Part shown: positions 7,321 to 14,282 of the stretch, piece after piece
How the letters are laid out: every line of letters begins with the position of its first letter
Position numbering within the stretch: position 1 is the stretch's first letter
Source of the DNA: Planctomycetota bacterium
Lineage (GTDB): Bacteria; Planctomycetota; SZUA-567; H5-PLA8
Length of the DNA stretch: 14,282 bases
Reading direction: 5' to 3'
Assembly (NCBI GenBank): GCA_045863855.1
Contig: BTVV01000145.1
Location: forward strand, 1-14,282
Made by a program: the position numbers and the translations under genes
Notes under the pieces: model-generated
Told to the model about the DNA's origin: nothing
The model's input: only the letters and a program-made list of their open reading frames with translations
Databases searched by the model: none

Positions 7321-8346
7321 ATGAACCGTTCGACGCTTACCGCGGCCGTCCTCCTTCTAATGCTTGCGCTGTGCTCCGGTTGCGACGACGAGCCGAAAGC
7401 CGAACCCCAAGCGACGCCTGCGGCGGAGAAGATCGCATACGCGGGCTGGACCGACTGCTGGCGCCTGAAGCACGCGAAATTGGAAGTCGTGATCGTGCCG
7501 GCCGTTGGACGCGTCATGCACCTCTCGACCCCCGGCGGTGCAAACCTGCTTTGGCACGACGAGAAGCTCCACGGCAAAACCTCCACTCCCGACGGCAAAC
7601 AGTGGTTCAACTACGGCGGCGATAAGGTCTGGCCGGCCGAACAATCCCAGTGGCCCAAACTGATGGGACGCGGCTGGCCGCCGGACGAAGCCTTCGACGG
7701 CTCGACGTGCACGGCGGAGCCGATTCCGGGCGGGGTGCGGATCGCCACACCGCTGAGTAAATCCTTGGGCGCGCGGGGCATACGCGAATTCACGCTCGTG
7801 CCGGACGCCGCGGCGCTGCACATCCGGCAATGGATCGAGAAGGCCGAAGGCGATCCGAAGCCGCTGACGCTCTGGACGGTGACGCAAGTGCGCGCGCCGA
7901 AGATCGCGCTGATGGCGGCGGAGCGCGAGGAGCAGATCGTCGGGCTGGCGGGCGCGAAAGAGAAGCAGATCTATACGCTCGATGCGGACGCGCGCGCGGT
8001 GACGCTGCGCAATCAGGAGCAAGCGCAGAAGCTCGGCACGCAGGCGCCCGAAGCGTGGTGCGCGGCGCAGGTGGACGGCGCGTTAATTGTGCAGAGCCGT
8101 CGGCTCGACGCGGCTGGCAGCTACCCGGATAAGGGGTGCGCGGTGGAAATCTACACCAGCCCGGGCGAGAACTACCTGGAGTTGGAACTGCTTTCGCCGC
8201 TGCGCGAAGTCAAGGCCGGCGAGACTCTGCGCGACGATTGCGTATGGCAGGTGCTCGAAGCGCCCGCCGATGCCGCCGCAAAGGAGTTGGCCGAACGGGC
8301 GCGGAAAGCGCATGCGCAGGCGTTGAAGTGGCTCGAAGCGAAGTAA
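7321..8346 (+). CDS. Lipoprotein, DUF4380-like / galactose-mutarotase-like beta-sandwich protein, function unknown
   Basis: Signal peptide and lipobox MNRSTLTAAVLLLMLALCSG-C; motifs YAGWTDCWRL, VVIVPAVGRVM, WFNYGGDKVWPAEQ, YPDKGCAVEIY, YLELELLSPL recalled from this family. Starts 23 nt after the ATPase stop; an alternative ATG lies at 7285. Confidence 0.7.
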   Translation: MNRSTLTAAVLLLMLALCSGCDDEPKAEPQATPAAEKIAYAGWTDCWRLKHAKLEVVIVPAVGRVMHLSTPGGANLLWHDEKLHGKTSTPDGKQWFNYGGDKVWPAEQSQWPKLMGRGWPPDEAFDGSTCTAEPIPGGVRIATPLSKSLGARGIREFTLVPDAAALHIRQWIEKAEGDPKPLTLWTVTQVRAPKIALMAAEREEQIVGLAGAKEKQIYTLDADARAVTLRNQEQAQKLGTQAPEAWCAAQVDGALIVQSRRLDAAGSYPDKGCAVEIYTSPGENYLELELLSPLREVKAGETLRDDCVWQVLEAPADAAAKELAERARKAHAQALKWLEAK

Positions 8347-8376
8347 AAAGAAACGCGGGCCGAGCAGGCCCGCGTT
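8345..8376 (-). terminator. Rho-independent terminator for the SWIB gene, possibly bidirectional
   Basis: Perfect 10-bp stem AACGCGGGCC (8352-8361)/GGCCCGCGTT (8367-8376) with a 5-nt loop, followed by TCTTTTT on the - strand; sits between convergent genes. Confidence 0.85.
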
Positions 8377-8403
8377 CGGTACGGCTCGAAGGACGAGGAC
8401 GAC

Positions 8404-8688
8404 TTAGCCGAGGTGCTTGTTGACCAGCTTCGTCATCTCGAACATGTTCACCATCGCTTTGCCGAAGATGGGCTTGAGCTTCTCGTCGGCGTGGATGTTG
8501 CGCTTGTTCTTTTCGTCCTGCAGCTTGTTCTTCTTGATGTACGCCCACAGCTTCTTAGTCACTTCAGTGCGGGGAATCGGCTTGTCGCCGACGACTTCCG
8601 CCAACTGAGCGCTAATGGCAACAGGCGCCATAAACTTCGCGTTACCGGCGGCCTTACCACCGCTCTTCTTAGCAGCCTTCTTGGCCAT
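8404..8688 (-). CDS. Standalone SWIB/MDM2-domain protein with Lys/Ala-rich N-terminal tail, 94 aa
   Basis: FMAPVAISAQLAEVVG...PRTEVTKKLWAYIKKNKLQDEKNKRNIHADEKLKPIFG...VNMFEMTKLVNKHL is the classic bacterial SWIB pattern; GGAGG precedes ATG 8688. Confidence 0.93.
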   Translation of the reverse strand: MAKKAAKKSGGKAAGNAKFMAPVAISAQLAEVVGDKPIPRTEVTKKLWAYIKKNKLQDEKNKRNIHADEKLKPIFGKAMVNMFEMTKLVNKHLG

Positions 8689-8897
8689 GCGTACCACCCT
8701 CCGTGTTGAATCGTTGTTCCGCCCGCACCAGCAGGCCACAGCCTCCCGCGAGCACCCGTTGCTTGCGCAGATGGCCTAGATTATCGTTTTTTTTCCGCTC
8801 TAGCGGGCAGCTAAAAACGCAGAATACGAGTACTTTCACGGATAAAAGTCCTCATTTTCTATAAATATTAGGTATGTTTTCCCTCTAGAAGCCCGTT

Positions 8898-10223
8898 TTA
8901 CGCTTTTCGCGCTTCGATCCGTTCCTGGCCACCGAGATAGGCGCGCAGGACTTCAGGGACGATCACGCTGCCGTCTTTCTGCTGATAGGTTTCCCAAATC
9001 GCGGCCTGCAAGCGGGGCAAGGCGAGGCCGGAACCGTTGAGCGTGTGGACGAATTGCGGCTTCCCGCCGCCGGCCGTCTTGTAGCGCAGGTTGCTGCGGC
9101 GCGCCTGGTAATCGCCGAAGTTGCTGCAGCTCGAGACCTCCAGCCACTTGCCTGTGCCCGGCGCCCAGAGTTCGATGTCGTAGGTCTTCGCGGCGCTGAA
9201 GCCCAGATCGCCGCGGCAGAGCGTGATGACGCGGTAGTGCAGGCCGAGCTTCTGGATCAGGGCTTCGGCGTCGGCGGTGAGCGCCTCCAGTTCGGCGTAG
9301 CTCGTTTCGGGGGTGGTGTACTTGAGCATCTCGACTTTGTTGAACTGATGCACGCGCAGGATGCCGCGGGTGTCGGCTCCAGCGGCGCCGGCTTCGCGCC
9401 GGAAGCACGCCGAGGACGCACAGAATTTCTTCGGCAGGTCGCTCTCGCCGAGCATCTCGTCGCGGTAGAAAGCCGTCACCGGGACTTCGGCGGTGGGAAT
9501 CGCGAAGAGCTTGTCCTCGCCGGCGTAGTACATCTGGTCGAGGAACTTGGGCAACTGGCCGCTGCCGAAGAGGGTCTTTTCGTTCACGAAGTACGGCGGG
9601 ATGACTTCGAGGTAGCCGTTTTTGCGGTGTTCGTCGAGGAACCAGGCAATCAACGCGCGCTCGAGGCGGGCGCCGTCGCCGCAGAGGAAGTAGAAGCCGC
9701 TGCCGGCGACCTTCGCGCCGCGCGTGCAGTCGAGGATACCGAGGTCTTCGCCCAGTTCGTACTGGAACTTCGGCTTGAACTCGAAGCGGCAGGGTTCGCC
9801 CCAGGTCCGGACGACGGGGTTGTCCGCGGCGCTCTTGCCCGGCGGGACGCTTTCGTGCGGGACGTTGGGAATCCACGCGCGCATCTGATCCAGTTCGGTC
9901 TCGGCTTTGGCGAACTCGAACGCCTGCTGCTGAATCTGATCGTCGAGCGCAGCGCTTTGGGCCTTCAGCGCGTCGATCTCTTTCTGCGCCGCGGCGCGGG
10001 CGGCTTCGTCGGAGCCCTTGAGCTTGCCCATCAGCGGGCCGATCTGCTTCGAGAGCTTGTTCTTCTCGGCGGCGAAGCGGTCGTTCTCGGTCTGCGCCTT
10101 GCGCCGCGACTCGTCGAGCCGCACGAACTTATCGAGATCGATCCGCGCGTGAGCCGCGCCCTTGTCGGCAACGGTCTGGCGCACGAACTCCAGGTTGCTC
10201 AGAATGAACTTGGTGTCCAGCAT
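8898..10223 (-). CDS. serS: Serine--tRNA ligase, 441 aa
   Basis: MLD start, N-terminal coiled coil, IPNVPHESVPPG, IPTAEVP, motif 2 CFRREAGAAGADTRGILRVHQFNKVE, KTYDIE, EVSSCSN, motif 3 HTLNGSGLALPR; SD-like AAAGGA upstream. Confidence 0.99.
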   Translation of the reverse strand: MLDTKFILSNLEFVRQTVADKGAAHARIDLDKFVRLDESRRKAQTENDRFAAEKNKLSKQIGPLMGKLKGSDEAARAAAQKEIDALKAQSAALDDQIQQQAFEFAKAETELDQMRAWIPNVPHESVPPGKSAADNPVVRTWGEPCRFEFKPKFQYELGEDLGILDCTRGAKVAGSGFYFLCGDGARLERALIAWFLDEHRKNGYLEVIPPYFVNEKTLFGSGQLPKFLDQMYYAGEDKLFAIPTAEVPVTAFYRDEMLGESDLPKKFCASSACFRREAGAAGADTRGILRVHQFNKVEMLKYTTPETSYAELEALTADAEALIQKLGLHYRVITLCRGDLGFSAAKTYDIELWAPGTGKWLEVSSCSNFGDYQARRSNLRYKTAGGGKPQFVHTLNGSGLALPRLQAAIWETYQQKDGSVIVPEVLRAYLGGQERIEARKA

Positions 10224-10267
10224 CCGGCCCCATCCTTTCTGCACGTCCCGCGTGAAACGAGCCTTCC

Positions 10268-10295
10268 GAGATAGCCGAAGGCCGATGGGGGTCAA
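10268..10295 (-). promoter_or_regulatory. Putative sigma70 promoter of serS
   Basis: On the - strand TTGACC-16 nt-TATCTC, about 45 nt upstream of the serS ATG; a short inverted repeat GCCTTC/GAAGGC (10261-10282) spans the -10 box. Confidence 0.4.
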
Positions 10296-10405
10296 CGGCA
10301 GGACGATTGCGGCCGGCGGAAATCGAAGCGTGCGTTGGGCAGGCGCGCGGGCGGATCGACGGCACGGCCAAGGCCGCCGAAGGAACACGCGCGCTACGAA
10401 TGGCG

Positions 10406-11092
10406 CTAAAGCACGTCCCAGACCACGCGGGACCAGTGCGCGGCACGCGCGGTCCAGGATCGCGGGGCATACTGCGGACCGGGTTCGGCGCCGAGCCAGA
10501 CGGAATAGCGCTCGTTCTGAGGTATGATCGCGGGCGAGGAAAGCCGAATCAGCACGAGCATGAATACGAGCGTGCTGAAAATCAGGCACCAAGATTGCGG
10601 GTACCCTTCAAGCCCCATGTGGCCATTGGGGTCGAGCCATCCCAACCCCAACAGCAAGGCCACCGAAATCCAGGCCTGCACGCCTTCCCGCAGTTCGCGG
10701 AAGAGGACCGAATGGATGAAGTGATAGAAGAAGTCTGCCGTGACCAGGACGTACAGCGCGAACGAGACCGCCGGATGGCGGCTCCAGATCCAGACCGCCG
10801 CCAGGTACGCGGCGACCCGCACGCCAATACGAATGCCCATCACGATCAGGAGGGGCTTCAGCGCCTCCTTTATAGGTAGCGCCTCAGCTTCAATCGCTTC
10901 CTCGTCCGGCACGGCCGGTGCCGGAGCGGGCGATTCGGGGGCAGGCTCGAAGGCGCTGGGGGCGCTCTCTGACTTAAACTGTTCGTAATAATCGGCCGTG
11001 CCGCGCACGGTGGACTTAGGCTCACTGGTCGCCGGCTGCCTGGGCGGGAGCGGCGGAAAGGGCGGCGGCAGGTCGGGCTTGGCTCGCGTCAT
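10406..11092 (-). CDS. Hypothetical membrane protein (Pro-rich disordered N-terminus, ~4 TM segments), 228 aa
   Basis: ATG with AAGGGGAG SD; several hydrophobic stretches (e.g. VAAYLAAVWIW, WISVALLLGLGWL, LIFSTLVFMLVLI); fills the gap between serS and the RDD gene; no family recognised. Confidence 0.7.
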   Translation of the reverse strand: MTRAKPDLPPPFPPLPPRQPATSEPKSTVRGTADYYEQFKSESAPSAFEPAPESPAPAPAVPDEEAIEAEALPIKEALKPLLIVMGIRIGVRVAAYLAAVWIWSRHPAVSFALYVLVTADFFYHFIHSVLFRELREGVQAWISVALLLGLGWLDPNGHMGLEGYPQSWCLIFSTLVFMLVLIRLSSPAIIPQNERYSVWLGAEPGPQYAPRSWTARAAHWSRVVWDVL

Positions 11093-11222
11093 GCTCCCCT
11101 TTCCGTCCTTACTGGCCTCAGATCCTGGCTACTCATTCAACCCGCACGTCGTGCTCTTTCCAGGATTTCCGGCGGAAAAAGTGTGCACGGGTGCTCCGTC
11201 ACCCTCACTTGTGCTCCCGCGT

Positions 11223-11236
11223 CTACCTTAAGGTAG
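11223..11236. promoter_or_regulatory. Perfect 14-bp palindrome in a divergent intergenic region; candidate operator
   Basis: CTACCTT|AAGGTAG, roughly midway between the divergent starts at 11092 and 11376. Confidence 0.4.
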
Positions 11237-11375
11237 GCGGATACGTTCGTTGCATTCGAGGAAGGCACCCGATTGAATATCATAAGTTGACCCTCGGAGC
11301 GCCGTTGCGCGTTCCGGGCTCGATGGTTGGAACGATTGGGAATCGAAAGCGCAGGACCGAGGGAGTTTATCCCGC

Positions 11376-12587
11376 ATGCCGGAACGACCGGAAACGCCCC
11401 GTGAACCCGACCCCACTCGCCCGCCGTCCGGAGGGCTGGTGGACGATCTGCGCGGCGCACCCGGTACGGGCGGCGAGGCGCCGGTGGATGTGATCGATCC
11501 GACGCGCGTGGATCGAGTAACGAGCAGCGACGGGACGGAACGCTGGAAGCTCACGTGCCTGTGCGGGAAGCGCATCCACGTGCCGTTTCGGCCGCAGCAT
11601 CCGATAGGCCGCTGTCCGAAGTGCGGTCGGCGCCTGCGCCTGCCGGGCTTCAAGGGACCGTCGTCCGACAAGGCCGCGCACAAACCTGCCGCGGTACTCG
11701 CCGAAACCGAACCGCTGGTGCGCACAAGCGAAGTCGCAGAGGCCGCGAAGCGTTTGGCCGAAACCGAACGGCGCGTCGATCCGGCGGCCACTACGGTGAA
11801 GCGCGACGGACCGCCGCCGCATGCGGCATCGACGGTGCGCAAAGACGGACCGCCGCCTCGCGCGTCGACGCAGGAACTCGAAGCGCGGCTGAACCAAGTG
11901 CCGGAGGCCGCGGAGATTCACAAAGGTTCGATCAGTTCGACTCAGGACATCGGCAAGGGTCTGGCGCCTGTGGCCGTATCGGAAGCCGCGGAAGTGGAAC
12001 GGGCCGTCGACGAGAGCGAAGACGAGGTTGGTACGATCGTGATGGAGCCCGGCGAACAGGAAGCGCTGACGGCGCAACTGCGCCAGGAACAGCGCACGGG
12101 CCGCGAAGCGGCGCTGCGCACCGCCGATATGCTGCGCAAGAACAAAGGCGCCGCCGAAAGCGGAACGAATTTCGGACGAATCAGCGCTTGGCCGCTGGCG
12201 GGGCGGTTGCCGCGCGTGCTCGCCGGCTTCATCGACCTTACGCTGAACATGCTCATCACCGGCATCGTGGTGGCGCTGGGCAGCCTGGGGCTGCTCCCGG
12301 CGGGCGTGCTGCATCCGGTGGTGCTGCTGCTGATTTTTTTCCTGACGGGCCTCTTCAACGATGCGATTCTGCAGCTCACCGGAGGCAGCTTGGGCAAGCG
12401 GCTGGTGGTGCTGACGGTGCGCGCACGCGGCGGGCAGGTGCCCAACCTGCCGATGACGCTGCTGCGCGGCGCGCTGAAATGGCTGCTGATGCCCGGCTGG
12501 ATCGTCGGCGTCTTCGATCCGGCGGAGCGGACGCTTCACGATCTGGTCTGCGGCACGCTGGTGCTGAAGGGCCGCACGCGCGGATAA
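11376..12587 (+). CDS. RDD-family membrane protein with N-terminal zinc ribbon and long low-complexity linker, 403 aa
   Basis: CLCGKRI...CPKCG four-Cys ribbon; C-terminal RDD hallmarks RVLAGFID, GGSLGKRLVVL, LLRGALK, RTLHDLVCGTLV; SD GAGGGAG upstream. Confidence 0.85.
   Translation: MPERPETPREPDPTRPPSGGLVDDLRGAPGTGGEAPVDVIDPTRVDRVTSSDGTERWKLTCLCGKRIHVPFRPQHPIGRCPKCGRRLRLPGFKGPSSDKAAHKPAAVLAETEPLVRTSEVAEAAKRLAETERRVDPAATTVKRDGPPPHAASTVRKDGPPPRASTQELEARLNQVPEAAEIHKGSISSTQDIGKGLAPVAVSEAAEVERAVDESEDEVGTIVMEPGEQEALTAQLRQEQRTGREAALRTADMLRKNKGAAESGTNFGRISAWPLAGRLPRVLAGFIDLTLNMLITGIVVALGSLGLLPAGVLHPVVLLLIFFLTGLFNDAILQLTGGSLGKRLVVLTVRARGGQVPNLPMTLLRGALKWLLMPGWIVGVFDPAERTLHDLVCGTLVLKGRTRG
11793..11870 (+). 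repeat. Imperfect in-frame tandem duplication, 2 x 39 bp
   Basis: ACGGTGAAGCGCGACGGACCGCCGCC (11793) and ACGGTGCGCAAAGACGGACCGCCGCC (11832), encoding TVKRDGPPPHAAS and TVRKDGPPPRAST. Confidence 0.75.
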
Positions 12588-12612
12588 CGCACTCCTTGCG
12601 TATTTTCCCGGA

Positions 12613-12641
12613 TTGACGCCCCTCGGCGCGTGGCCGATCAT
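12613..12641 (+). promoter_or_regulatory. Putative sigma70 promoter of the glycosyltransferase
   Basis: TTGACG-17 nt-GATCAT, ending 18 nt upstream of ATG 12660. Confidence 0.35.
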
Positions 12642-12659
12642 GCACGCCGAAAGGCGCTC

Positions 12660-13865
12660 ATGGCCCGCATCGTCCGCAAAAAATCTTCCGCCGCTCCCGT
12701 TCGAGTGCTCTTCCTCTCGGCCGAAGGGCTGATGGGCGGCGCGGAGCGCTCGCTGTACGAATTGCTCTGCGCGTTGCCCGAAGACCGCGTCGCGGCGCAT
12801 GCGTGCGTGCCGCCGGAGGGCCCGCTGGCGCGGCTCTTCGCGCTGGCGGAAGTGCCGGTGCATCCGGTGCCGCTACGGCGCTTTCGCCGCACGCTGCACC
12901 CGTTCCTGCTGGCCGGCCAAGTCCGGGCGCTTTATCAGGCCTCCCGCATTCTCGTTGAGATCGTGCGCGTATACGGCATCCAGATCCTGCACGCGAACAC
13001 CGACTCCTCGGCGCTGGTGGCGTGGGAAGTCAGCCGCGAGACGGGGATCCCGATGCTGTGGCATTGCCGCGATCTGCGCCCCCTAGGACCGCTGGCGCGG
13101 ATCCTGGCTGCCCGCAGCGCGCACGCGATCGCGATTAGCCGTGCGGTGGCCGAGCACCTGCGCAAACAGGGCTTGGCCGCGCGCAAGATTAAGACGGTGC
13201 TCAACGGCATCGACCTCGCGCGCTGCCACGCGCCGGCCGAACGGGATGCGATCCGGCGGCGCACGCGGGCGTATCTGGGCGTGCCCGAAGACGTTCCGCT
13301 TTTGATCGACGTGGGCGGCTGGGTGCCCTGGAAACGCCACGAACTGTTCCTGGAGGCGCTGGCGGCGGTGCGCGAAAAGTTTCCCAAAGCGCGCGGGCTG
13401 CTGGTGGGAAGCGATCTCTTCCGCCAGAACCCGTCCTATGCGCGGCTTCTAGAGGCGCGCGCAGCGGCCTTGAAACTCGACGACGAAGCGCTGCTGGTTT
13501 TGCAACAGCGCGACGACGTACCGGATCTGCTCGCCGCGAGCGACGTGCTGGTTGCGCCGTCGGACCGCGAACCGTTCGGGCGCGTACTGGCCGAAGCCGG
13601 CGCCAGCGGGTTGCCGGTGGTCGCCACCGACAGCGGCGGGAAGACCGAGATCGTCAAGGACGGGCAGACGGGCTTCCTGACCAAGCCCGGCGACGCGCAA
13701 GCCTTGGCGCGCGGCTGCGTGAAGCTCTTGGAAGACCCGGCGAAACTCGCGAAGTTCGGCGAGAAGGCGCGCGCGCGCATCGAGAAGCACTTCGATATAC
13801 GCCGCACGGCGGCGGAAGTGGCGGCGTTATACGAGCAGATCGCGACGGGTGGCGGGAAGGCGTAG
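12660..13865 (+). CDS. Glycosyltransferase family 4 (GT-B fold, RfaB/WcaL-like)
   Basis: N-terminal RVLFL...GGAERSL, ILHAN, VLNGID; C-terminal EPFGRVLAEA (EX7E), GLPVVATDSGG, EIVKDGQTGFL. Start is ATG 12660 or GTG 12630. Confidence 0.95.
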   Translation: MARIVRKKSSAAPVRVLFLSAEGLMGGAERSLYELLCALPEDRVAAHACVPPEGPLARLFALAEVPVHPVPLRRFRRTLHPFLLAGQVRALYQASRILVEIVRVYGIQILHANTDSSALVAWEVSRETGIPMLWHCRDLRPLGPLARILAARSAHAIAISRAVAEHLRKQGLAARKIKTVLNGIDLARCHAPAERDAIRRRTRAYLGVPEDVPLLIDVGGWVPWKRHELFLEALAAVREKFPKARGLLVGSDLFRQNPSYARLLEARAAALKLDDEALLVLQQRDDVPDLLAASDVLVAPSDREPFGRVLAEAGASGLPVVATDSGGKTEIVKDGQTGFLTKPGDAQALARGCVKLLEDPAKLAKFGEKARARIEKHFDIRRTAAEVAALYEQIATGGGKA

Positions 13866-13876
13866 CCGGATACGCG

Positions 13877-14282
13877 TTAAGGCTCCTCCTCCTCACTCGA
13901 ACGGGACACCAACCATTCGTTAAGATGTTCAGGAAACATGAATTCGGCAAACAGGCTCGTCTCGTCATCTGGCTGGAGTGTCAGTTCGAAATGTTCCCGC
14001 AATCGTCCGAGCATCTCTTTTGAAATCTCTGCTCGTCCGGCCAGCTTGGCTAAATAGCCTCGATACCAAATGAGATATACATCGCCGCCAATGGCTTCGT
14101 CGATTTGATCCATAAAGAGCAGGCAATTGGGAAAATCTTCCCGCGCCACACTTTGGAAGTAGCTCAGGAAAATTAGGCTTTCATCGCCAGGGTACAAACT
14201 CTTGTACTCCGCCATGAGGTGCTCGGATAATTCCGGGTCATGCTCCAGTGCCATCTGCACATACAGTCGCATGATAATTCGC
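13877..14282 (-). CDS. Hypothetical helical protein, 3' portion; the frame is open to the window edge
   Basis: Stop at 13877 and no in-frame stop up to 14282 (...RIIMRLYVQM...). Helical-looking, TPR-like sequence including QIDEAIGGDVYL; visibly lower GC than its neighbours. Confidence 0.65.
   Translation of the reverse strand, partial: RIIMRLYVQMALEHDPELSEHLMAEYKSLYPGDESLIFLSYFQSVAREDFPNCLLFMDQIDEAIGGDVYLIWYRGYLAKLAGRAEISKEMLGRLREHFELTLQPDDETSLFAEFMFPEHLNEWLVSRSSEEEEP

Noticed and set aside
8787..8806. T-run plus CCGC-TCTA-GCGG hairpin as a serS terminator
   Set aside because: The stem is only 4 bp and is followed by A's, not U's, on the serS strand.
9045..10274. 409-aa ORF antisense to serS
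   Set aside because: A codon-register shadow ORF typical of GC-rich, codon-biased genes; no recognisable motifs.
10224..10592. 123-aa N-terminal extension of serS
   Set aside because: It overlaps the upstream gene; the canonical MLD start with an SD is at 10223.
11367..12863. 498-aa - strand ORF and other long alternative-frame ORFs (e.g. 3884-4720, 4674-5513, 8953-9876, 11555-12616)
   Set aside because: Motif-free, mostly Arg/Ala/Pro-rich shadows of well-supported genes.
1..14282. CRISPR array, IS element, integrase, tRNA or rRNA genes
   Set aside because: No regularly spaced repeats, transposase/recombinase motifs or complete RNA gene structures were seen.

Overview
GC-rich bacterial chromosomal window; a Planctomycetota-like origin is inferred from the CxCG zinc-ribbon RDD protein, the standalone SWIB protein and the ECF/anti-sigma pair. 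From left to right: a ~510-bp lower-GC non-coding stretch; a translationally coupled ECF sigma/membrane anti-sigma pair (- strand); and a divergent, tightly packed + strand operon. That operon encodes a membrane-anchored pentaheme cytochrome c, an FbpABC/AfuABC-family ABC transporter and a DUF4380-like lipoprotein. Next come a standalone SWIB-domain protein, serS and a hypothetical membrane protein (- strand), a zinc-ribbon RDD protein and a GT4 glycosyltransferase (+ strand), and the 3' part of a lower-GC hypothetical gene. The best candidate for an undescribed system is 512-8346: a redox-coupled metal uptake/sensing module. Its binding protein has TDTDD where FbpA/FutA have NHYY, its cytochrome has a lone extra Cys that could be a heme ligand, and its anti-sigma has a possibly HmuY-like extracytoplasmic domain. 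All family assignments are by eye, without database searches.
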